From Candidatus Poribacteria bacterium (GTDB lineage Bacteria; Poribacteria; WGA-4E; WGA-3G): a stretch of 64,000 nucleotides of DNA. A model generated the notes under the pieces. That model did no database searches, was not told where the DNA came from, and saw only the letters and a program-made list of their open reading frames with translations. Positions 1 to 10,000 of this stretch are shown here, piece by piece (positions within the stretch are counted from its first letter, which is position 1; each line of letters begins with the position of its first letter). The stretch covers positions 2,176,001-2,240,000 of the forward strand of contig OZ244048.1 of the NCBI GenBank assembly GCA_965215265.1, in the 5' to 3' direction. The translations under genes and the position numbers were made by a program.

Positions 1-307
1 TGCCATCTAAACTTATCGATAATTCGGAAAAGTCGACAATTTCTCCTGTAAAATAGCGCGTGAGTGCGTCAAACGCCATGCCTAAAACCGGATCCGTCGG
101 AATCGTGAAATACTTAGGCCGAGGGACATCGTCAAAACTAGACTCTATAATACAATCTCCTAAGCGAGCAATCTGTAAAAAGCCTATAGGAGAGAAAAAG
201 TAAAATTGGACGATGTTACGAAAATCTAATGATTCCGTTGAATCCAGACAATCCGCATTCTGAGAGGAATCCTTTCTGAATTGACTTTTTAATTCTTCTT
301 GTTTCAT
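1..307 (-). CDS. ogt: methylated-DNA--protein-cysteine methyltransferase, N-terminal part (runs off the window)
   Basis: Own translation from the ATG at 307: MKQEE...FFSPIGFLQI...ALTRYFTGEIVDFSELSISLDG, matching the SPIG...L..YF.GE...F pattern of the Ogt N-domain. Not in the ORF track. The catalytic PCHR motif lies outside the window. Confidence 0.65.
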   Translation of the reverse strand, partial: MKQEELKSQFRKDSSQNADCLDSTESLDFRNIVQFYFFSPIGFLQIARLGDCIIESSFDDVPRPKYFTIPTDPVLGMAFDALTRYFTGEIVDFSELSISLDG

Positions 308-356
308 TTTTTTTCTTGACCTCCACTACGGAGTAAAGTATGCTATATAGCAAACC

Positions 357-737
357 ATGGCTACATTTAAAACACCAGACCAGCTCTATAGAGAGCTCGG
401 GAAGCTGTTTGAACGCATTGCCACAGAACCGGAAGTCCAAGAATCCCTGAAGTCTTTACGGCTGTGCGTTCGATTTAACTACTCTGAGCCGGACGCGACG
501 ATGACATTGAACGCGAAGGATGGCGAATACTCCATCATCTGCGGTGATTGCGATAACACCCCCGACGTTGAATTAACAATGACCGGCGAGGTCGCTTACC
601 GATTCTGGACCGGCGAACTCAATGTGATAGAAGCAATTACCAAGCGAGATATCGAGGTTATTGGTTCGCTTGGTAAAATCATGCGTCTAACTCCGGTTCT
701 TAAGACTGCTATACGTTATTTTCGTATAGGGCAGTAA
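357..737 (+). CDS. SCP2 sterol/lipid-binding domain protein
   Basis: 126 aa with the SCP2 signature PDVELTM...FWTGELN..AI....I.V.G; preceded by TTGACC-17-TATGCT. Confidence 0.75.
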   Translation: MATFKTPDQLYRELGKLFERIATEPEVQESLKSLRLCVRFNYSEPDATMTLNAKDGEYSIICGDCDNTPDVELTMTGEVAYRFWTGELNVIEAITKRDIEVIGSLGKIMRLTPVLKTAIRYFRIGQ

Positions 738-829
738 CCTCACATCCTCAGGCAATGACACCTGACATTAAAATCTCATTGGCAGTTATACGATTTCACT
801 ATTCTAATGACGAGCCGGGGCAGTGCCAC

Positions 830-858
830 TTGCAATTTTTTAGGTGAAACGTTATAAT
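830..858 (+). promoter_or_regulatory. sigma70-type promoter of the phyH-VOC genes
   Basis: TTGCAA-17 bp-TATAAT upstream of the GGAGG RBS and the ATG at 921. Confidence 0.55.
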
Positions 859-920
859 GATTGTGCCTAGATAAGTTCGCTGTCGATACATCGCTGCTTC
901 AGTTCCATTAGGAGGTTACT

Positions 921-1709
921 ATGGTAGACAAGTTATCCGAAACAGTTGAACCTTACGTTACACAATTGCGTGAAGAAGGTTGGTGCATCTTAGAGAATGT
1001 TATACCTGCCGATGTAGTTGATGAAGTTCGCGAAGAGGTCGAGACCTCAGAGCTGGACTACAATCAATTTACAAAAGAGAACGGCAGATGGACGCGCAAT
1101 GTTGTCTGTTTTGTGCCACGTTTTGCACAATATTTAGCCGATGAACGACTATTAACGGTGATTCGCACATTATTAGGGCCCCAAGTTCGCATCTCACAAA
1201 CGGAATATAAGATTCGACCTCCGCATTATGAATTAGTGCGCGCCTACCACTCTGATTTCCCGTACGACCTGAACCAAAAATGGCACATTCCTCAGCCGTT
1301 CCCTCGTGCTGTTATTGGCATCACTACCCTCTGGATGCTATCCAAATTCACTACAGAGAACGGCGGCACTTGGATTGTTCCCAAAACCCATGTAGACCTC
1401 AGAAATCCACGCGGCAAAGCCGATAACATCGGAGATCGGAACCCTATTCTGGGTGAAATCCAAGCCACCGGTGAAACTGGCAGTGTACTCATCATGGACA
1501 GCCGAATCTGGCATTCCAACGCGGAGAACCCAAGTGATAGCAAACGCACAGCTGTCGTGGTGAGGTATGCACCGTGGTGGTTGAATTTAGAACTGTTCGG
1601 CGTTAATACCGCAACGATCCCCGGCGACATTTTTGACACCTTCCCAGAAAATGTCAAACGACTTTATGAACACCGCGCCGAAAACAGAGAACCCACGCTC
1701 TGGATATAG
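921..1709 (+). CDS. phytanoyl-CoA dioxygenase (PhyH) family Fe/2OG dioxygenase
   Basis: HSD...ENGGTWIVPKTH...G.V...D.RIWH...N.S...R motifs; GGAGG RBS. Confidence 0.85.
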   Translation: MVDKLSETVEPYVTQLREEGWCILENVIPADVVDEVREEVETSELDYNQFTKENGRWTRNVVCFVPRFAQYLADERLLTVIRTLLGPQVRISQTEYKIRPPHYELVRAYHSDFPYDLNQKWHIPQPFPRAVIGITTLWMLSKFTTENGGTWIVPKTHVDLRNPRGKADNIGDRNPILGEIQATGETGSVLIMDSRIWHSNAENPSDSKRTAVVVRYAPWWLNLELFGVNTATIPGDIFDTFPENVKRLYEHRAENREPTLWI

Positions 1710-1732
1710 CACAAAACAAAGGAGGACCTCTC

Positions 1733-2161
1733 ATGTCAACAACACTTGTACACATTGGTGTCCGAACCACTGATCTGGAAAAAAGCATCCATTTCTGGCG
1801 GGATGCGCTCGGCTTAACCGTCTTCTCAACCATGAACGGGTGTTACGATCTCACGGATGGCTATCACAACTTCAGAGTTTTTCAACACCGTGGACCAGAA
1901 CGGCCCAAACACGTCGGCGGTATGCTCGACTATCTGCACATCGGAGTCCGTGTCCCTAATTTGCGCGAAGCCGCAAAACGGTGTGAAGAACTCGGCTTCA
2001 CAATCACTTGGGAAGGTTTAGACGGGAGTAAACCTTACGACCCGAATTCCAACCAGCTTCCTTCACAAGCCTTTAAAGTCGAAGACCCCGACGGAATTGT
2101 CGTTGATATTACGCAACGAGACGATCAGTGGCCAGGGGTTGAACTCCAAAGCCGGCACTAA
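1733..2161 (+). CDS. VOC/glyoxalase family protein
   Basis: HIGVRTTDLEKSIHFWRDALG...HIGVRV...DPDGIVVD; AGGAGG RBS. Confidence 0.8.
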   Translation: MSTTLVHIGVRTTDLEKSIHFWRDALGLTVFSTMNGCYDLTDGYHNFRVFQHRGPERPKHVGGMLDYLHIGVRVPNLREAAKRCEELGFTITWEGLDGSKPYDPNSNQLPSQAFKVEDPDGIVVDITQRDDQWPGVELQSRH

Positions 2162-2183
2162 AAACACGCAATTCGCAGCGCCC

Positions 2184-2312
2184 GTGGTGGCGGGAAAAGG
2201 GAATCCCAGTAGGTGGCGAGTAAAAGGTAGTAGTGCGTCACCTTCAGATGACGCAACACTACCTATCTCGCCACTTTGCTATCCTTCAGAATAAAAAAGA
2301 AAACCGGACCCC
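2184..2312 (+). repeat. family-II composite palindromic repeat, copy 1
   Basis: GTGGTGGC...GAGTAAAAGGT-[hairpin]-ACCTATCTCGCCACTTTGCTATCCTTCAG...AAAACCGGACCCC; direct copy at 3073-3197. Confidence 0.8.
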
Positions 2313-2355
2313 ATCAGTGGAGTTACTACCTTGAACTCCGCCTATATCCACGAAA

Positions 2356-3045
2356 TCACTCATCACCTCCACCTAACAGCCCTAACCGGAAGAGATAATA
2401 GACTAACGTGAGCAGACTTGTCACTGCCGCAGCGAGATAAGTTAAGAACGCAGCATTCAGAACCTTACTTGCGTGACGATTTTCTTCTGGCGTGAGCATG
2501 CCCGCTTCATCCATCGCAACTTTAGCGCGCCGACTCGCATCCCATTCAACCGGAAGCGTTATCAGTGAAAATACCACCCCTACTGTGAACAGTGCCACAC
2601 CCAACAATAGAAACGGTTGAATAAAAAGTCCAACCATAATCAGGATATAGGAAAACATTGAACTGAAATTAGTCGCTGGCACAAGCGCGGTACGCAGACT
2701 GAGCATGGAGTAACCGTGTGCATCCTGCATGGCGTGCCCAGCTTCATGACAGGCCACTCCTATTGCTGATAGAGACTGGCTTGAATACACATCATCCGAT
2801 AGACGAAGGGCTTTCTGTGACGGATCATAGTGGTCGCTTAGCCAGCCACTTGAACGTTCAATTCTCACACCGCTGATCCCGTGTCTATGCAACATCTGTG
2901 CTGCTGCTTGCGCACCCGTCATACCGCTCCGAGAACCGACTTGTGAATATTTTGAGAATGTTGACCTTGTGCGCCATGTTGCATAGAGAGACAGGGCAAA
3001 CCCGGGAGCAATAATGATAAAATAGAGCGGATCAAAGAAAAACAT
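2356..3045 (-). CDS. zinc metallopeptidase, YugP/Zn_peptidase_2 family (membrane)
   Basis: SDHYDP...L.LS..VY...S.SA..VA.HEAGHA.Q and TLPVE.DAS.RA motifs; GGAGGT RBS before the ATG at 3045. Confidence 0.9.
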   Translation of the reverse strand: MFFFDPLYFIIIAPGFALSLYATWRTRSTFSKYSQVGSRSGMTGAQAAAQMLHRHGISGVRIERSSGWLSDHYDPSQKALRLSDDVYSSQSLSAIGVACHEAGHAMQDAHGYSMLSLRTALVPATNFSSMFSYILIMVGLFIQPFLLLGVALFTVGVVFSLITLPVEWDASRRAKVAMDEAGMLTPEENRHASKVLNAAFLTYLAAAVTSLLTLVYYLFRLGLLGGGDE

Positions 3046-3072
3046 GATATACACCTCCAATTTTAGATTCCT

Positions 3073-3197
3073 GTGGTGGCAGGGAAAGGTATCCTAGTGG
3101 GTGACGAGTAAAAGGTTATCTTCTCTCATGGACAGAGAAAGAATACCTATCTCGCCACTTTGCTATCCTTCAGGATAGAAAAAGAAAACCGGACCCC
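3073..3197 (+). repeat. family-II composite palindromic repeat, copy 2
   Basis: Same outer frame as 2184-2312 but a different internal hairpin (TCTTCTCTCATGGACAGAGAAAGA). Confidence 0.8.
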
Positions 3198-3690
3198 GCA
3201 ATTTGTCTTTTGTTTGTTAAAAGCGTGTAGATCTAATTAGTTTAAAAAATTATACATGATATCCTTGAGAAATTCAAATTATTTTTGTAATTTGCCAGAA
3301 GTAAGACTAAATGAGTTGAATCTCTCTTGCTTTGTCGGAGTGAACTTTGTAAGCACTGCTTACATTTTAGACAAACGAAAAAACCGAAGCATAGAAAAAC
3401 GGATAATAGCGGAAAGGGGTGAGAGCTCATTCTTTCTCCTTGGTTCTGTGACATTGATGCTTTTCAAGCAACGTTGTCAACCAGTTTGCCGTTTCTCGCC
3501 TCAACACGGCAGAGCTATACGGGTGAAAAACTTTGGCAAAGTCCAGTTCTCGAATCGTGAGAACAACCACATCACTATAAATCCGCAACTCAAGCGAAAA
3601 TAGACCCGTCCTATTGACACACTAAAAAATGCTTGGAACTTCACTTAGAAATATGATACAATGATTCTCAGTCAACACGGAACTACAGTA

Positions 3691-4189
3691 CTCACTTACC
3701 CCTTTTTTTTTCTGAGAGTCGTCTGTGTGTGATATTATTAGGGTTGTGTATGAGAAAAGGTGGCAGGAGAGGTATTCTTTATCTCTCCTTCAAGGAGAGA
3801 TAAGATAACCTTTTATTTATAGATGGCGGGGATAAGGTATTCTTTGTCTCTCCTGCAAGGAGAGAGGAGTTCGGCGGGTGGGAGCCACCTGCCACCCACT
3901 GGGCGGAGCAACCTTTTCTGTTTCGACTTCTCTCGTTTTACCGAAAGCGGCAAACGCGACGCGAGCGCATTGAGGCGACACGTTTGCGAGACACTGATGG
4001 CTATCAGCACAGAGAGCAAGTGACGCAACGCCGGTTTTTTGATAGCAATAGACTTGAAGATGTCTTGAAAACGGGTTATCATAGATGTTGGATTTACCCG
4101 GTTCGGGTATCTCTAACCCACGGCTTTTCTCACACGTTTACAAACAAAAACCTTTCACCACAAACCTTCAAAAAAAAAGGGTAAATGAG
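3691..4189 (-). mobile_element. ~500-bp non-autonomous IS-derived element (MITE) with a transposase N-terminal remnant
   Basis: TIRs CTCACTTACCC(T)n and (A)nGGGTAAATGAG; inverted copy at 48339-48830; encodes ITRFQDIF...LASRLPLSVKREKSKQKRLLR, resembling IS4-like transposase N-termini. Confidence 0.75.
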
Positions 4190-4377
4190 GCAGAAAAATA
4201 CCTTGTATTCTTCCCGTCTTTGTGATATTATTTAAAAAGAGGCCTTGTCAACCGTTTTAGGGATATATCCGTTACATAAATTGCATAATTAGAATACAGA
4301 GATAATAGTATACTGAAGCTGCCTAACGCACATCTGCTCGTTTAAATTATATCCCTAATCCAGAAAGGAATAAAACC

Positions 4378-5178
4378 ATGTTCGCCAAAATCAACCGCAT
4401 GCTCTTAAAATTTTTGACCTTGATGCTCCTCTTCAGTCCTTATGGCTGTTATATTGACACCAACGATTCTGATGATAACGAACCGCCCGCCGTGCCGCGC
4501 GGGGTTAGAACCATCACAGGCGATGAACAAGTTCACATCGAATGGTACCCCAACGCCGAACACGACCTCGCAGGATACAGAATCTGGCGCAGCGTTGATG
4601 GCCTCAATTTTGACGAATTACTCACCGAAACCTCCGCCGGAACAATACGCTACACCGATACCGGTGTCCGTAACGGTTATACCTACTACTACGCCGTTTC
4701 TGCTTTCGACTTTGAAGACAACGAAAGCGGACTCAGTCCCGAAGACGCATGGGATACACCCCGGCCTGAAGGGCGAAACATTACCCTTAACAATTACCAA
4801 CTTTCTCCGGACCGAAGCGGCTTTGATTTCTCACAACCCGAAAAGGGCAGCATTCCATGGGACGCGCCCGAAACAGATGTCTATTTAGGATTCGATACCG
4901 ATGTTAACGTTACATATCTCTATTCTGATAACGATACGTTGATGCAGGACCTCGGATATCACGAACATTTTGACGACGTTGATGTCGTACCTGAAATCGG
5001 GTACATAACCCTATTTGTAGAGTTAATTGAAGGACATATTTACGCACTCTATACACCTGATGGAAACTTCGCCAAAATTCGAGTCCGACGACTTTCTGAG
5101 GATGATCTCGTTTTTGACTGGGCATACCAACTCGAACAGGATAATGTACAATTAGCACCCGCACTACAGAAACCTTAA
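4378..5178 (+). CDS. fibronectin type III domain-containing putative lipoprotein
   Basis: Signal ending YGC; PPAVPRG...W....E.DLAGYRIWRS...YTDTGV.NG.TYYYAVSAFD...NES FN3 pattern. Confidence 0.75.
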   Translation: MFAKINRMLLKFLTLMLLFSPYGCYIDTNDSDDNEPPAVPRGVRTITGDEQVHIEWYPNAEHDLAGYRIWRSVDGLNFDELLTETSAGTIRYTDTGVRNGYTYYYAVSAFDFEDNESGLSPEDAWDTPRPEGRNITLNNYQLSPDRSGFDFSQPEKGSIPWDAPETDVYLGFDTDVNVTYLYSDNDTLMQDLGYHEHFDDVDVVPEIGYITLFVELIEGHIYALYTPDGNFAKIRVRRLSEDDLVFDWAYQLEQDNVQLAPALQKP

Positions 5179-5257
5179 TCGATAGATTAGAAAGTTAAAA
5201 TTTACTTCATGGTGAGGACGGCGCCTCGCCATGAAGCGACATTAAAAAGGAAGAACT

Positions 5258-5890
5258 ATGAAAAAACTCGAACGCGTTTTTTTGCTATCCGTAATACTCC
5301 TCACCGTATCTACAGTAGCGCTTGCAGCAACCGCAAATAATGACGCTAACGCCCGTATTGACGACAAGAAACCTCAACAGGCACAACCGCTCGTCCCCGG
5401 TTATACTACTGATAAACCGCAAAGTGAGTCGACGACGTACCCGCTCTTTCGGACGCATGCACAGCGGTTTTATCCAGAATTGGACATCCAAAAAGCGACT
5501 CGGTTATCAATGTTCATGCCCGGCTTAGGACAAGCGTACGCCGGCAACTACAGCAAAGCCACCCTTTTTCTTGCATCGGAATTGGGAGCCTTCGCACTCG
5601 CAGGCTATAACATCGCTCGCGCACTGCATTACAACGCCCAGGACGGTTTCGAAACAGGATTCCAAGATTCGCGAATCGGTGAATTCTTAACCGCCGACCA
5701 GGCACGCGTGCGTATGAGGGACCACACCCTCTTTGGGGGGCTTTTTCTCCTCACCGGCATCGGCATCCATGTATGGAATATCCTCGACGCACCCAAAACA
5801 GCAGATGCATATAATAATCGAAGATTTTCCCTGCAAATGCTACAAACAGAGAGTGGGATACGTTCAATTATTTTTACGCAACGATTCTAA
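5258..5890 (+). CDS. secreted/membrane protein, DUF5683-like
   Basis: Signal peptide; A..LS...PGLGQ.Y.G.Y.KA and WNILDA...A..YN motifs. Confidence 0.6.
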   Translation: MKKLERVFLLSVILLTVSTVALAATANNDANARIDDKKPQQAQPLVPGYTTDKPQSESTTYPLFRTHAQRFYPELDIQKATRLSMFMPGLGQAYAGNYSKATLFLASELGAFALAGYNIARALHYNAQDGFETGFQDSRIGEFLTADQARVRMRDHTLFGGLFLLTGIGIHVWNILDAPKTADAYNNRRFSLQMLQTESGIRSIIFTQRF

Positions 5891-5945
5891 TCGCACTTTT
5901 TCTTTACACGTGTAGTCGAAACACGCAGATTGGAGACTGTTAAAG

Positions 5946-6824
5946 ATGCCTTATCCTAAGCAATTAACACGGATTTTTTACGGCTTAATCGCCGCAAACC
6001 TAATTGTGACTATTGGCGCGCTCGCACAGCAAAAAACCGGAACACGCGATGATGTTTTGACCAGTCTCGTTCAAACTGAAAACATCTCACCTGCACCCTT
6101 TCAGGTAGGCGAAAAATTCACTTACAAAGTCAAAATCCGCAGACTACCCGCAGGAAAACGCACCGACCTGGTCGTCAAAAAAACACAATTGAACGGGAAA
6201 AACGTCTATCATATCCGATCCGAGGCAAAAACCCATTCTATTTTTAGACTTTACCACTTCCGCAATCAGCAGGAGACTTTTTTACAACGCAGCACACCGC
6301 TAACCGATATGGAAAAAGAGAGCACATCATCCACACAAAAATGCAGCCGACTCCCCGGGCTCTCGCCAGTCCGATTCCAGAACCGGATCGAAGACCGGAA
6401 ATATCGCGCAACCGTCACAGCAAATTTCGGCATAGACGACGCTATCGAATATCAGAAAACTTCGCGGTTAAATCCAAAATCACCACAAAAACGCGAAACA
6501 AAAGTACTCTCCATGCCCAACGGAACACAAGATGAACTCTCTATGCTCTATTTTCTACGCAGCAAAAAACTCGCTATTGGGAAAACCTATTTTTTCCCGC
6601 TCTTGGCTCAGGGAAAGATCGTCAAGGTTAACATCACCGTCCAACGTAGAGAATCTCTCAAAACAAAGGTATTAGGGACGGTTAAAACCCTCGTACTGCA
6701 CGCCTCAAACGGGTCACAACTCTGGTTGACAGACGACACACGACGCATACCTGTCAAAATTGAAGCGCAAAGCAAGATTGGAAAAATGGTAGCCAATCTA
6801 GAAAAGGTAGAATTTGCAAAATAG
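5946..6824 (+). CDS. DUF3108 domain-containing protein
   Basis: PF.VGEK.TY...QDELS.LYFLR...WLTDD.RRIPVKI motifs. Confidence 0.75.
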   Translation: MPYPKQLTRIFYGLIAANLIVTIGALAQQKTGTRDDVLTSLVQTENISPAPFQVGEKFTYKVKIRRLPAGKRTDLVVKKTQLNGKNVYHIRSEAKTHSIFRLYHFRNQQETFLQRSTPLTDMEKESTSSTQKCSRLPGLSPVRFQNRIEDRKYRATVTANFGIDDAIEYQKTSRLNPKSPQKRETKVLSMPNGTQDELSMLYFLRSKKLAIGKTYFFPLLAQGKIVKVNITVQRRESLKTKVLGTVKTLVLHASNGSQLWLTDDTRRIPVKIEAQSKIGKMVANLEKVEFAK

Positions 6825-6883
6825 ACATCAGCAAAACTAACGAATAAATTGAAACCCAAAATAGCAACACTAAACCACAAACT

Positions 6884-6982
6884 AGGTATTCTTTATCTCT
6901 TCTTTCAGGAGAGATAAGTGGCGAGATAGGTATCTTTCTCTGTCCATGAGAGAAGATTACCTTTTACCTGCCACCCACTGGG
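6884..6982 (-). repeat. family-II repeat, inverted, upstream of mfd
   Basis: GTGGCGAGATAGGTA-TCTTTCTCTGTCCATGAGAGAAGA-TTACCTTTTAC is the reverse complement of the 3073-3197 core. Confidence 0.75.
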
Positions 6983-7010
6983 TTGAAACAGATCGGATAA
7001 GGGAAATTTT

Positions 7011-10000
7011 GTGATAGAACTTTTACGCCATACCCAGAATTATCAAAAACTGAGCACTGCCCTCAAACACAGGGAAGAACTTACATGGCTCCGAGGCTTG
7101 CCCAATGCATCCACGGCATATCTCTTAGCAGTGCTCATTGACGACTTTCCTAATAAATCATTCCTAATTGTACTCCCATCACAACAAGAAGCAGAACAAG
7201 TGCACGCGGAAATCCAGACTTATTGGACGTATAGTCTTCCTAATTCTGATGCCATGGATACTAGCACGCAAACACAAAAACCTCTGCCTGCACACCCACA
7301 CATGACACTTTTTCCCGGATGGCAATCACAACTTTTTGATGGCATCCCGCCATCCAAAAATACGGCTGTCCAGCGGATGCAAACGCTGCAAACGTTGCTG
7401 CAAGCACGCGAACGCAGCGTGGTTGTAACGAACGCCCGAACGTTAACTTACAAACTGCCACCCCGTTCAACATTGGCAACCGCTTTCTGCGAACTTCAAC
7501 TCGGTGATGAAGCAGAACCAGACGATGTCATTGAAATGCTCCTCTGCGGCGGTTATCAACAGGTCGAATTGGTAGAGGTCAAAGGCGAATTCGCTTTCCG
7601 CGGGGACATCCTCGATGTCTATCCCTCCACTCTTGATACACCCGTCCGAATCGAATTTTTCGGCGATGAAGTTGAGGCCATCCGCGCCTTTGAACCCATG
7701 TCGCAGCGCTCAACTGAACAACTTGATGCCGTTACACTCCCACCGATGCGCGAAATTCTCGCACGTCACATCTCTCTCGAACACTGGCACTTGCAAACAG
7801 ACCAAATCATCCAAGAATATGCAACGCCGCAATTGATACACCGTATTAATGAACTCACACAACACTTAAAGGAAGCTACTTGCGAGCCGACAATAAGACG
7901 CACACACACAACCGACAACTTTACAGCAGCACCCCCGATGTTCGATTGGATAGAGGCGTTCTTGCCGCTCCTCTATCCCAAAACTGAAGCACTCATCGAC
8001 TATCTCCCCGATGACACTTGTGTTGTACTGATAGAACCACACTGGCAAAAACGTGAAGCAGCCCAAATGCTCGAGCAGATGCACGAACTGTTTCAGAAAA
8101 ATTTGGCAGAATCAAAACTCATGGTGCCACCAGATAAAATGTTCGTTCCATTTGAGGAGCTCCAGACGCAATTAAAGCAATATCCGCTCCTCTGTGCATC
8201 CTTGGCACCCCCACGCGACATCTCAGCCTCAGAAAAGACACAGCTACACTTTGATATGAAACCGTTGGGACTGCCACGAGGCAGCTACCAGATGGTTATC
8301 GACCACATCAAAACCTGGACAGACGAAGGATATCAGGTTTATGTATTCTGTGAAACGCCACAGCAGGCGAAGCGCGTCTCAGAAATTTTAGCCGAACGAG
8401 AAGCCGACTCAGAAATCAGCGAACACGCTATCCACGCTAACCACACGGACTTCACAGCCAGCAATCCTTATCGTCTTAATCGACTTTTCGTCACAGTCGG
8501 AACAATTACGGAAGGCTTCCTTAATGAATCGCTAAACATCGTTGTCATCTCCGAAGAAGAGATATTCGGCAATCGGCATCAACGGCGAATACGGCCGAAA
8601 CGACCCAAGGACGGCACACCGGTTCTCAGCCTAATTGACTTGAAGATAGGAGACCATGTCGTGCATGTCTCGCACGGCATCGCGGTTTATGGAGGCATCC
8701 AGCGCTTGGATTTTAACGGAAAATTACAAGATTTCCTAGTCCTCAAATATAGCAATGACGATGTCCTCTATGTGCCTAATTATCAAGTCGAGCTGGTTCA
8801 AAAATATATCAGCAGCAACGATGAAACTTACAAACCGCGGCTAGACCGACTAGGCGGACCCGCATGGCGCAACCGAAAAAACAGAGTAAAAGCATCAATC
8901 GAAAAAATGGCCGATGAACTCCTCGAACTTTACGCCGCACGCCAAGCCCGAAAAGGTTATAGCTTCCCAGACGAAGTACCCTGGCAGACTGAATTTGAGG
9001 CCCTGTTTCCTTATCAAGAAACCGATGATCAGTTCCAAGCAATTGAAGATGTTAAAGCCGACATGGAGGCAGAACAGCCCATGGACCGGCTCATCTGTGG
9101 CGATGTCGGATACGGTAAAACTGAAGTCGCCTTGCGCGCAGCCTTTAAAGCCGTCATGGCCGAAAGGCAGGTCGCCGTACTCGTTCCAACAACCATTCTC
9201 GCACTCCAGCACTACGACACCTTTGAGAAACGGTTCAAGCCCTTTCCTGTTCACGTCGAAATGTTGAACCGTTTCCGAACGCCAAAGCAGATAAAGCAGG
9301 TCAAAGCAGGACTCGCAGATGGCACGGTCGATATTGTTATCGGAACGCACAGCCTCCTCGCCAAAACCGTCGAATTTAGCAACCTTGGCCTCTTAATTGT
9401 TGACGAAGAACACCGATTCGGCGTGAGACATAAAGAGAAAATTAAGAAATTTAAAGAGACAATTGACGTACTCACGTTGACCGCAACACCAATTCCGCGC
9501 ACTTTGCACATGTCGCTCGTCGGAATCCGAGATTTCAGCGTTATCAACACACCACCCGCCAATCGACTGCCGATTCAAACCTACGTGATGCCGTACAACA
9601 CGGATGTCATCCGAACCGCAATCCTCCAAGAATTAAGTCGCAGCGGTCAGGTCTTCTTTGTACATAATCGCGTCCGGAGCATCCAGAGCATTGCCAAAAG
9701 GTTGGAGCAATTGGTCCCAGAGGCACGCATCGCCGTCGCACATGGACAAATGCCCGAACGTGAACTCGAAACGATTATGCTTGAGTTTGTTCGCCACAAG
9801 CACGACATACTTGTTTGTACCATGATTATTGAATCCGGACTCGATATCTCGAACGTAAACACTATCCTGATTAACCGGGCTGATGCACTCGGGTTAGCCC
9901 AACTCTATCAACTTCGCGGGCGCGTCGGACGCGCCGAGGCACAGGCGTACGGTTATATGTTCTATCCAGAGAACCAAGTAATTACCGAAGGCGCGCAGAA

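Noticed and set aside
3242-3603. ORFs 3242-3454 and 3256-3603
   Set aside because: No RBS or motif and atypical composition; treated as intergenic.
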